Shown piece after piece: positions 1 through 8,437 of a DNA stretch of 64,000 nt. The notes below the pieces were generated by a model. That model worked only from the letters and a program-made list of their open reading frames with translations, was not told the origin of the DNA and searched no databases. Positions within the stretch are counted from its first letter, which is position 1. Each line of letters begins with the position of its first letter. This DNA comes from Bacteroidales bacterium (GTDB taxonomy: Bacteria > Bacteroidota > Bacteroidia > Bacteroidales > F082). Position numbers and translations under genes: made by a program. The stretch spans positions 109,124-173,123 of the forward strand of contig JAFYHS010000012.1 in the NCBI GenBank assembly GCA_017539045.1, in the 5' to 3' direction.

Positions 1-390
1 TGCGAAAGTGTGGCCCGCCTTGATGATCTTGACTACTTCGTCATATTCCAAAGGGATGTCGAAAGTGCGGCGCCAGTCGTTGCCCGTCCCAATAGGAAGG
101 GCAGCCATGGTGATTTCATTGGTGGGAACGACATCCTGGGTGAAGATGCCGTTGATGACTTCGTTGTTGGTGCCGTCGCCACCCACCGCGATGAACTTGC
201 GATAGCCTTTCTCCACAATGGCGTTGCGGACGATTTCAATGGCGTGACGGGGATATTCGGTCAGTATGTCGTCAAAGTCAATGCCTTGGTCAATCAGTAT
301 CTGTTTGATCTCAGGCCAGTCTTTTCCCGATTTCCCCACCGAGGCCATCGGGTTGACGACCACTAACCATTTGCTGTTTTCTTCAGTCAT
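1..390 (-). CDS. Diacylglycerol/lipid kinase family protein (YegS/BmrU-like). Only the N-terminal 130 codons are present; the 3' end lies outside the window.
   Basis: Absent from the ORF track because it runs off the window edge. My translation of the minus strand from the ATG at 390-388 reads MTEENSKWLVVVNPMASVGKSGKDWPEIKQ...FIAVGGDGTNNEVINGIF. The GGDGT motif and layout match DAGK-catalytic-domain lipid kinases. Confidence 0.7.
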   Translation of the reverse strand, partial: MTEENSKWLVVVNPMASVGKSGKDWPEIKQILIDQGIDFDDILTEYPRHAIEIVRNAIVEKGYRKFIAVGGDGTNNEVINGIFTQDVVPTNEITMAALPIGTGNDWRRTFDIPLEYDEVVKIIKAGHTFA

Positions 391-433
391 AGAATGAGTC
401 AGTTTTACTTGTAAAATCTTTCGATTTCGGGGT

Positions 434-441
434 CAAAGATA
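434..441 (-). promoter_or_regulatory. Candidate Bacteroidetes -7 box (TATCTTTG) for the lipid kinase gene
   Basis: caaagata on the plus strand, about 44 nt upstream of the ATG at 390. Matches the TAnnTTTG consensus. Confidence 0.4.
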
Positions 442-553
442 AGAAATAAAACAATCAGTCAAGCCAAAAGTTCTCATCTTAAGAAAAAGAAAGGCCTTTT
501 TCGATTTTCTATCCGCCTTAATTTAAATATGTGTGGCGAAATGGATTTTTTTC

Positions 554-561
554 TATTTTTG
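554..561 (+). promoter_or_regulatory. Candidate -7 box (TATTTTTG) for the SusC-like gene
   Basis: Matches TAnnTTTG, 22 nt upstream of the ATG at 583. Confidence 0.45.
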
Positions 562-582
562 TCCCCAAAGTTATCAAATACC

Positions 583-3500
583 ATGTTTATGAAAAAGAAA
601 ACGCTACTTTTCCTTTTTTTCCTTGCATTATTGAGCCCGTTGGCCTCGCTTGCCCAAAGCCTGACGGTGAGCGGTAAAGTCATCTCGAGCGACGACGGCT
701 ACGGTCTCCCTGGCGTCACCATTCAGGTGAAAGGCACCACCTCGGGGACGACCACCGACCTCGATGGTAACTACTCTGTGAAAGCCGACAGCCAGGATGT
801 GCTGATTTTCAGCTATGTGGGCTTTAAGACCAAAGAGATTGCCATTAAAGGCAAGAATACGATCAACGTCACCCTTGAGACCGACGCCCAGATGCTCGAC
901 GACGTGGTGGTCACCGCCCTTGGCATCAAGCGTCAGAAACGTGAGCTGGGTTATGCCACCGAAGAGATCGGTGGCGAGATGATCGCCAAGTCGGGCTCGG
1001 GTAGCGTCATCAGCGCCTTAAGCGGCCGTTCGGCGGGTGTGCAGATCATCAACCCCAACGGCGTCGACGGCGGCTCGTCGCGTATCACCATCCGTGGTAA
1101 CAACAGCATCTTCGGCGACAACCAGCCCCTCATCGTCGTCGATGGCGTGCCGATGTCGAACGAAGGCGGTGTCACCGACTGGAGCGGTGGTCGTGACTGG
1201 GGTACGGCCTTGAACAACATCAACCAAGAGGACATCGAGAGCCTCGACATCCTGAAAGGCCCCACGGCGGCAGCTCTTTACGGCTCGCGTGGCGGCAACG
1301 GCGTGGTGCTCATCACCACCAAGAAAGGATCGAAACAACGCGGCCTCGGCATCAGCTACTCTGCCGGTTTCAAGATCACGACACCTTATCTCTACCGCAC
1401 AGTGCAAAACAAATACGGCGCCGGTGGCCCCATCACCTTCCATACGCCGACCCTGACGCCCATCGAAGGTATGACGGATGAGAATGGCAACCAAGTGTAT
1501 GAATACCCAGGCATCTATAGCGTCGACAACGGTCCGGCGGGCGAGCCCACCAACACTACCTTCGGCTACTATGGCGGCGCCCAGAGCTGGGGTCCCGCGA
1601 TGAACGGCGAGAGCGTCCTTTGGTGGGACGGCGTGGTGAGAAAATACGACCCCCAGCCCGACAACCTGAAGATGCTCTTCAAGAACGGCCACACGATGAA
1701 CCACAACGTCGCCTTCCAAAACGCTGGCGACTTTGGTAGCGTCCGTGTGTCGTTCACCGACTCGCGCACCGATGCCATCATTGATAACTGTAACTTGCGT
1801 CAGACCACGGTCAATGTGGGTACTTTGATCAATGTGTCGGAGAAGATCAAGGTCGATGTGTCGTTCAATTACTTGGATTACTACCGCCTTAACTCGCCTG
1901 AGATCGGTGAGTCGAACAGCAACTTCAACAAAGGTCTGCTTTATAGCTGGCCCCGCAGCTGGAAAGGCCTCGAGGTCACATCCTACGAGAACCCCGACGG
2001 CACAATGAACCAGTTTGACGGCTATCCTTATCAATACATCTACAACAGTACCTTCTGGACGTTCTACAACAACAACACGACCCTCGACCGTGACAAGATG
2101 TACGGCTCTGTTCGCCTGATGTACGACGTCACGCCTTGGTTGAGTGCTAGCGCCAAGGTGGCCTTGGACTGGACAGCCGACAACTACACCACCAAACACA
2201 AGCCCACCACCATCGACGGTATGGCGGGCGGCTACTACTCAAAGAGCAAGTCGAACTCCGTAACTCGCGACATGGATTTCTTGCTCACTGCTTATAAGGA
2301 CAAGATCTTTGGCTCAAAGTTCAATGTAAGTCTTTCAGCCGGTGGTGAACAGTATTATGGTTACCGCGATGGTTTGAATGGCTCCTCCGGCAGGTGGGCC
2401 TATGCCAACTTGTATGCCATCAACAACTACTCTAATGCTACTGAACGCACCTTTGGAGAGTCGATGTGGGAAAAACAAGTCAATTCGTTGTACGCTTTCT
2501 TCAATTTGAGTTACAGCGACTGGATGTTCTTGGATATCACTGGACGTAACGATTGGTCATCGACCCTGCCCATTACCAACAACAGTTACTTCTATCCCTC
2601 GGCTACGTTGAGTTTCGTGCCGACCTCGGCCTTCAAGGACTGGAACTGGGGCCCGGTGAACTACCTGAAACTAAGAGGTTCGTGGGCCCAGACCGCCAGC
2701 GACACCGAACCCTATCAGCTGACATATACTTATAACACGGGCTCTTTTGGCCATCAATTGTCGGCCACCTTGCCTTCCGTTGTGCCGCCTTTGGAGCTGA
2801 AGCCGCAACGTCAACGCGCTTATGAATTGGGCTTCGACTTGGGATTGGGTGCGCGTTTCAATATGGACTTCACCTATTATGACATCTATTCTTGGGACCA
2901 GATCCTTTCCTCGCCGTTGGCTCCTTCATCGGGTGCCAACAACGTGACCATCAACACGGGTGTGGTGACCAACAAGGGTATCGAGGCCATCTTGACCTAC
3001 GACATCGCCCAGGGCAAGGATTACGGCGTGCAGGTGGGTTTGAACCTCGCCCGTAACAAGAACCGTATCGTTGATCTGGCTGGTTCCGACATGTATCTTC
3101 TTTCCGAGATTTGGGGTTCCAACGGTCCTGCCATCGCGGTTGAAGAAGGAGAGGAGTATGGCACCATCTACGGATGGGACTATGTCTATGAATACACCAT
3201 GCCCGACGGTTCCGTCGTGGGACCGTTCTACGATGCCAACGGCAAGCCTTTGCCGCTCCTCAACGAGACGGGTACCACCTATCTGAAAACCAGCAATCGT
3301 GTGCCGATTGGCAACTGCGCGCCTTTGGTGACGGGAGGTATCAACCTGAGGGCTTCCTATAAGAACTGGTCGCTCTACGCCTTGATCGACGCCAAGTTGG
3401 GTGGTCAGATTTATTGCGCATCCTACGTGGTGGGTATGCAGACGGGTCAAAGTCTTGAGACGCTTTATGAACGTGAGGGCAATGGCTTGCCCTACTATGA

Positions 3501-3915
3501 AAACGGAGAGCTGCTGGGCAACTATGGCATCATCCTTCCTGGTTATTGCATCAACACCGAGACGGGCGAAGCCGTTGAGAACGAACATGTGGTGCATTAT
3601 CTCTACAAATACATGCCTAACTTCGGCGGCTGGGGCAACATCCTCAGCACCCCGGGCATCGTCAACAACACTTGGGTCAAGATGCGTGAGCTCTCGTTGA
3701 CCTTTGACTTCCCGCGCAAGTGGCTCGACAAGCAGAACCTCTTCAAGCAGGCCTCCATCTCCTTGGTGGGACGCGACCTGTTCTATTTCTACAAGACCCT
3801 GCCCGACAACATCAACCCCGAAGGCACCCAAGGCTCCGGCAACGCCCAAGGCCTCGAGTACGCCTCTTATCCTGGTTCTCGCTCATTTATGGTAACACTT
3901 AAAGTCAATCTCTAA
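583..3915 (+). CDS. SusC/RagA-family TonB-dependent outer-membrane receptor
   Basis: Signal peptide MFMKKKTLLFLFFLALLSPLASLAQ. Carboxypeptidase-regulatory-like N-domain (LTVSGKVISSDDGYGLPGVTIQVKGTTSGTTTDLDGNYSV), then a plug (DVVVTALGIKRQKRELGYA...LDILKGPTAAALYGSRGGNGVVLITTKKG). About 1100 aa, immediately followed by a SusD-like gene. I chose the ATG at 583 rather than the track start at 529. Confidence 0.9.
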   Translation: MFMKKKTLLFLFFLALLSPLASLAQSLTVSGKVISSDDGYGLPGVTIQVKGTTSGTTTDLDGNYSVKADSQDVLIFSYVGFKTKEIAIKGKNTINVTLETDAQMLDDVVVTALGIKRQKRELGYATEEIGGEMIAKSGSGSVISALSGRSAGVQIINPNGVDGGSSRITIRGNNSIFGDNQPLIVVDGVPMSNEGGVTDWSGGRDWGTALNNINQEDIESLDILKGPTAAALYGSRGGNGVVLITTKKGSKQRGLGISYSAGFKITTPYLYRTVQNKYGAGGPITFHTPTLTPIEGMTDENGNQVYEYPGIYSVDNGPAGEPTNTTFGYYGGAQSWGPAMNGESVLWWDGVVRKYDPQPDNLKMLFKNGHTMNHNVAFQNAGDFGSVRVSFTDSRTDAIIDNCNLRQTTVNVGTLINVSEKIKVDVSFNYLDYYRLNSPEIGESNSNFNKGLLYSWPRSWKGLEVTSYENPDGTMNQFDGYPYQYIYNSTFWTFYNNNTTLDRDKMYGSVRLMYDVTPWLSASAKVALDWTADNYTTKHKPTTIDGMAGGYYSKSKSNSVTRDMDFLLTAYKDKIFGSKFNVSLSAGGEQYYGYRDGLNGSSGRWAYANLYAINNYSNATERTFGESMWEKQVNSLYAFFNLSYSDWMFLDITGRNDWSSTLPITNNSYFYPSATLSFVPTSAFKDWNWGPVNYLKLRGSWAQTASDTEPYQLTYTYNTGSFGHQLSATLPSVVPPLELKPQRQRAYELGFDLGLGARFNMDFTYYDIYSWDQILSSPLAPSSGANNVTINTGVVTNKGIEAILTYDIAQGKDYGVQVGLNLARNKNRIVDLAGSDMYLLSEIWGSNGPAIAVEEGEEYGTIYGWDYVYEYTMPDGSVVGPFYDANGKPLPLLNETGTTYLKTSNRVPIGNCAPLVTGGINLRASYKNWSLYALIDAKLGGQIYCASYVVGMQTGQSLETLYEREGNGLPYYENGELLGNYGIILPGYCINTETGEAVENEHVVHYLYKYMPNFGGWGNILSTPGIVNNTWVKMRELSLTFDFPRKWLDKQNLFKQASISLVGRDLFYFYKTLPDNINPEGTQGSGNAQGLEYASYPGSRSFMVTLKVNL

Positions 3916-3927
3916 AATCGAAACATC

Positions 3928-5616
3928 ATGAAAAGATATATTCTCATCATTTGTGCAGTAACAATAGCTTTAGCCTCCTGCACCAAGAACTTCGAAGAGA
4001 TGAACAAAGACCCGTTCTCGCCGACGGGAACGACCATCGAGGCCTTGTTTAACGGTGTGGTAAGCTCCTTGCAGCAGAGCATGAACGAGCAGTTCTACCT
4101 GCAAAACGAGATTTGGTACCCTGAGACGGAACTCGGCGCCTTGACGTCAGAGTCATGGGGTAACTCGCAGATAGGAACCTCAGAGCTTTGGACGAACTAT
4201 TATCTCATGCTGTCCAACATCCGTGAGTTGGAGAAACGCTTCGATGCGTACAACGAGGAACAGGGCGATGATGCCGTTTGTGACAAGGTGCGTGCCCAAC
4301 TCAACATCCTGAAGGCCTATCAGACCTTTAAAGTCACGGATATCTTTGGCGATATGCCTTATTCGCAGGCGGGTCGTATTTGGGATAACCCCTCATCGCA
4401 GGCCACCATGAAACCCGAATGGGACACCCAAGAGAGCATCTACAAATCGCTGTTGGAAGAGCTGGTATGGTCGCGCGACCTCTTGCATGCCGACTCCGTC
4501 ACCACTGCTAGCGGCAACGATTATTACAAGCTGCCTTATGACGTGCTGCTCAACAACGACTACACACTTTGGGCCGAGTTTGCCAACTCCCTCATCTTGC
4601 GCCACGGCCTGCGTATGTACGACAAGGATCCCAACTATGCCACACCTTTGCTGGTGGAGGCCTATAATTTCATCTACTCGAAGTTGAGTGCTTCGGGTGG
4701 TGTGGCTACGGGAGGCGCCATCTGCTTGTGGCCCAGTGTGTTGGGCACTAGCTGGGACACCAACTGGTCGTTCCGCGAACATAAGCACCTCCGTATGGGT
4801 GAGACCATCTGGAGCTGCCTCTCCTCGACCGACGACATGGACGGCAGCGGCATCTTCGACTACCGCACCTACCTCTTCTTCGACACAAGCCACAAGAACG
4901 ACAGCTTCCCCGACGGTGCCTGGCGTCCTTACCCGCAGATCCGTACCCTTGAGACGCCCACCGAAGGTGGTTCGCCTTATGCCCAAAGCCGTGATGGCAG
5001 TTATACCTTCAAAGGCCCATCATGTCTCTTCTCTCCCTTCAATTACTATCTCACCCGTGACGAGAGATACGTGCCGCAGATACTGGTCACCTACGCCGAT
5101 GTGCTCTTCATGAAAGCCGAAATCGAGGTTAGGAACATTGGCGGTATCATGCCTCCGCTGAATGCCGACGAATCCATTCGTTCTGGCGTCTACCAATCGT
5201 TCCTCTTCTGGACCCACATACCGCAACAAACCAGCCGCTGGACTTATTTTTATACGCCATACACCAACTATATCGGCAATTTGGATATTTGGTCGTATTG
5301 CAACAACATGGCGGCCAACGTGATGAACTACGCCGTATGGATGAATCCCGAATATGACGGCAGTCAGGAGTTTTACCTGAAGATGATCTACGAGCAGCGT
5401 TGGCTCAACCTCTTCCGTCAGCCTTGGGAAGCCTGGGCCTTAGCCCGCCGCACCATGGCGACGCCGACCACCACCAACCATGCCAAGCTGACTTCGTTCC
5501 GTATGGAATATCCCCAGAAGGAAATCGAATACAACTATGAAAACTATGCCGCACAGCTCGCTCGCATGTCGCATGGCGACACGAGGCAAACCAAGGTGTG
5601 GTGGAATGAGTTTTAG
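3928..5616 (+). CDS. SusD/RagB-family nutrient-binding outer-membrane lipoprotein
   Basis: Lipoprotein signal with lipobox (MKRYILIICAVTIALASC). 562 aa, located 12 nt downstream of the SusC-like gene, with an N-terminal region typical of SusD-like_2 proteins. Confidence 0.85.
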   Translation: MKRYILIICAVTIALASCTKNFEEMNKDPFSPTGTTIEALFNGVVSSLQQSMNEQFYLQNEIWYPETELGALTSESWGNSQIGTSELWTNYYLMLSNIRELEKRFDAYNEEQGDDAVCDKVRAQLNILKAYQTFKVTDIFGDMPYSQAGRIWDNPSSQATMKPEWDTQESIYKSLLEELVWSRDLLHADSVTTASGNDYYKLPYDVLLNNDYTLWAEFANSLILRHGLRMYDKDPNYATPLLVEAYNFIYSKLSASGGVATGGAICLWPSVLGTSWDTNWSFREHKHLRMGETIWSCLSSTDDMDGSGIFDYRTYLFFDTSHKNDSFPDGAWRPYPQIRTLETPTEGGSPYAQSRDGSYTFKGPSCLFSPFNYYLTRDERYVPQILVTYADVLFMKAEIEVRNIGGIMPPLNADESIRSGVYQSFLFWTHIPQQTSRWTYFYTPYTNYIGNLDIWSYCNNMAANVMNYAVWMNPEYDGSQEFYLKMIYEQRWLNLFRQPWEAWALARRTMATPTTTNHAKLTSFRMEYPQKEIEYNYENYAAQLARMSHGDTRQTKVWWNEF

Positions 5617-5662
5617 TTTAGAGTTTAAAGTTTAGAGTAATTATAATTTAAAGTTAAAAGTT

Positions 5663-8314
5663 ATGAAAAAACTATCACTAATCCTAATGCTTTTGGCTTT
5701 CTCCTTTGGGATGAACGCCCAAGTTGAAAAGACCTTTACCTTCAATGATTATGGCGAAGGTCAAATCCTTAACGGTCAAGACGGCTGGTACGTCCGTGTA
5801 CACAGCGCAGGTAACGGCAGCATGGGTCCCATGTATACCGATTACCTTGGCCACTTCTGGGGCACCACGCCGGAAACGCCCACGGCCGACGAAACCCTGG
5901 GTGTGTTTTCGCACGCCTCCGGCACCAGTTTTGGCGACATCGCCACGCACGACATCACCCAATACGGCTTCGACTTCTCCAATGGCGGTGTCGTCGAGAT
6001 CGAATGCGACCAGCTGCGTGAGTGGTGGGGCACCCTGTTCGGCATCGGCTATGACGGCGATGGCGACGGCTCCGTCCTTCCTCCCATCATGGCAGCCCCC
6101 AATCACGCCCTCTACGAACCCATCACCCCCAATCCCAACAGCACCCTCCCCGATGGCGGCGTCTATTTTCTCCTCACGGGTAGCGACACCGATCCCCTCT
6201 TCATCAAAGGCGTGGTGTTGCCCAACAACACTCCTGCCTGCAACTTTACCCCTAACGTCACGGAAAAGAACTGGGCCCGCTATAAGGTTTCCATCGACCT
6301 GGATGCTAACGACGGCGCCGGTGCTGTCACCCTGTATGCGATGTATGATGTGCCTGGCGGCGAATGGGAAGCCGTGCCGGAATGCCAAGGAGTGAACGTA
6401 GGTCTGACTCCGGGCAGTGGCGATAAATACGACCCTGCCACATGGCACCACATCTTCATGCTCAACAGCGGCTGGTGTGGCTTCGATAACTTCACCGTTC
6501 GCCATTTCCCTGGCGGCTTGACGGCACAGTTCATCGACTTCACTGAAATCCCTGACCAGTTGGTCTACAACGAACCCATCACCCTTGAAGCCAGCGCCAC
6601 CTCGGGACTTCCTGTGACCTTTGAAGTCCTCCAAGGCCCTGCCACTATCGATGGTAACATTCTCACCCTCACCGGCGAAGAAGGCGTTGTGAAAGTACGC
6701 GCCTCACAGCCTGGCGATGGCACCCAATGGCAACCTGCCCCTGCGGTGAACCGTTCTTTCTATGTGGTCGACCCAGAGAACTACGAGCCTGAGATCACCA
6801 TCCGCCGTCCCTACGAAGGCACTAAGGTGTATATGCCCGATTTTGAAAATCCTGTGATGGTGGTGATCAGCGCTTATATCGACCATGGCTCCATCCTTAA
6901 GTTCGAAGAAGTAAAATGCAATGTCGATGGTCAAGAGCTGTATTTGAAGACCGATTATCCCAACAACCCCAACAACGGCTATTGGTACACCACCTGGACG
7001 CCTTCGGGTGAAGGTTCCTACAACATGACCGTATCCATCACCCAAACGGGTGGCAAGGTCACCACGGCTTCCAACACTTTCGATGTGACCACCGACTATG
7101 ACGACATGAACGTCTCAGCCCTCAATGGCGAGGTGGTGGTGAATACAACCTATTTTACTGCCTACGGCGAATACCCCTTCCCGACCCATGTCAACGCTTT
7201 CAATGCCATCAACTTGCATTATTTGCACAACTGCGTGAATGGTGACTGCAACACTTACGACCACCAGAGCTATCTCCGCGTGAAAAACTACCGTGGTGAA
7301 TGGGTGGAACTTTGCCGTTACATCACCCCGTTTGGTGTGGAATGCGTGGATGACCTCGATGTGACCGATTTCACCTCCGTGCTGCAAGGACTCGTCGAAT
7401 TTGAATATTATAGCGAACAGTATTCAACCGGTCAAGGTTACAACCCCACAGCCATCTTTGAATACACCAAAGGCATGCCGGAATATCCTTACGTTGATTT
7501 GCAAGAACTTTGGTATGGTAGCTATTCCTTCGGCGACTACGAGAACCTGTGCCCGCTCCCGATGCGTACAGTCGAGTTTGATCCTTGTGTCGAAAAGGCC
7601 AAGCTGCAACTCACAACCTCTGGACACAACTGGAGTGATACGGGCAACGGTGCCTACAACACGGGCAATGCCGCTGAGTTCTATGAAGCTACTCATAACA
7701 TTAATATCAATGGTGCCACAACCTACACGCAGCACCTCTGGGAAAACTGTACACCTAACCCTGCTGGTTGCCAGCCCCAAAACGGCACTTGGACTTATGC
7801 CCGTGCTGGTTGGTGCCCAGGCAGCATGACGATGGTTTGGGATTACAGCCTCGACGAATATCTCTCCGATGGCAAAGCGGATGTGCTCTATGAGTTCGAC
7901 CCGACCTACGTCGACCAATGCCACCCCAACTACCCCGACTGCGTGAGCGGCCAGAACAGCTGCCCGGATTGTACCAATTCCAGCAACCCGATCTTAAAGG
8001 TCTCCGGTAAGTTGGTGACCTACAGCCACAACACCGACATCCTGACGGAAGTTCCTGAATTGCCCGATGTGGACGCCGAACCCTTCAATGTGACCATCAC
8101 CCCCAACCCCGCGAGAGGCCAAATGACCATCACCACGGATTATGACAAAGGCAGCGCCAGCGTCGTCATCATCAACCCGCAAGGCGCCAAAGTGCGTGGC
8201 TTCAACGTGAATGGCCAGCGCACCATCGACGTGAGTGACCTGCCCTCGGGCATCTACTTTGTCCATATCATCGGTGGCAAGGTGGTGACGAGAAAGGTGA
8301 TGATTCAGAACTAA
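5663..8314 (+). CDS. Secreted PNGase F-like (peptide-N-glycosidase F domain) protein with a T9SS C-terminal sorting domain
   Basis: Signal peptide MKKLSLILMLLAFSFGMNAQ. Around nt 7200-7900 the motifs match the PNGase F sequence of Elizabethkingia as I recall it: CNTYDHQSYLRVKNYRGEWVELCRYITPF, DLDVTDFTSVLQG and TYARAGWCPGSM, against recalled GEWYEIGRFITPY, DVTDF and DRAGWCPG. The C-terminal ~75 aa (ITPNPARGQMTITT...LPSGIYFVHIIGGKVVTRKVMIQN) is a typical Por/T9SS CTD. Confidence 0.75.
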   Translation: MKKLSLILMLLAFSFGMNAQVEKTFTFNDYGEGQILNGQDGWYVRVHSAGNGSMGPMYTDYLGHFWGTTPETPTADETLGVFSHASGTSFGDIATHDITQYGFDFSNGGVVEIECDQLREWWGTLFGIGYDGDGDGSVLPPIMAAPNHALYEPITPNPNSTLPDGGVYFLLTGSDTDPLFIKGVVLPNNTPACNFTPNVTEKNWARYKVSIDLDANDGAGAVTLYAMYDVPGGEWEAVPECQGVNVGLTPGSGDKYDPATWHHIFMLNSGWCGFDNFTVRHFPGGLTAQFIDFTEIPDQLVYNEPITLEASATSGLPVTFEVLQGPATIDGNILTLTGEEGVVKVRASQPGDGTQWQPAPAVNRSFYVVDPENYEPEITIRRPYEGTKVYMPDFENPVMVVISAYIDHGSILKFEEVKCNVDGQELYLKTDYPNNPNNGYWYTTWTPSGEGSYNMTVSITQTGGKVTTASNTFDVTTDYDDMNVSALNGEVVVNTTYFTAYGEYPFPTHVNAFNAINLHYLHNCVNGDCNTYDHQSYLRVKNYRGEWVELCRYITPFGVECVDDLDVTDFTSVLQGLVEFEYYSEQYSTGQGYNPTAIFEYTKGMPEYPYVDLQELWYGSYSFGDYENLCPLPMRTVEFDPCVEKAKLQLTTSGHNWSDTGNGAYNTGNAAEFYEATHNININGATTYTQHLWENCTPNPAGCQPQNGTWTYARAGWCPGSMTMVWDYSLDEYLSDGKADVLYEFDPTYVDQCHPNYPDCVSGQNSCPDCTNSSNPILKVSGKLVTYSHNTDILTEVPELPDVDAEPFNVTITPNPARGQMTITTDYDKGSASVVIINPQGAKVRGFNVNGQRTIDVSDLPSGIYFVHIIGGKVVTRKVMIQN

Positions 8315-8340
8315 AAATCATCATTGTCACAATCATATAA

Positions 8341-8376
8341 AAATCCCTCTGCCGTTAGGCGGAGGGATTTTTTATA
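8341..8376 (+). terminator. Rho-independent terminator after the PNGase F-like gene
   Basis: aaatccctctgcc-gtta-ggcggagggattt followed by a T run. Confidence 0.75.
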
Positions 8377-8394
8377 ACATACCGAAAAAATCCG

Positions 8395-8402
8395 TACTTT
8401 TG
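8395..8402 (+). promoter_or_regulatory. Candidate -7 box (TACTTTTG) for proS
   Basis: Matches TAnnTTTG, followed by CA, 36 nt upstream of the ATG. Confidence 0.5.
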
Positions 8403-8437
8403 CAGCCTGAAAAACGAGAATAAAAAATCAACAAGAT

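Noticed and set aside
529-582. N-terminal extensions offered by the ORF track: SusC from 529, nrdG from 10858, pnuC from 34294, Wzx from 38152, the deacetylase from 40012, manC from 47329 and M28 from 20489.
   Set aside because: The extensions overlap upstream genes or repeats, lack signal-peptide logic, and internal ATGs give canonical N-termini with tight or overlapping coupling to the previous stop.
1018-2199. Long ORFs antisense to, or out of frame with, the real genes. Examples are 1018-2199, 2926-3849, 17820-19187, 26119-27513, 31060-32139, 36232-37503, 47404-48468, 54625-56385 and 61974-63968.
   Set aside because: Their translations are low-complexity and rich in Arg, Val, Gly, His and Asp, with no motifs. 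That is typical of the reverse frame of GC3-rich genes, and each is fully covered by a gene with strong family signatures on the other strand.
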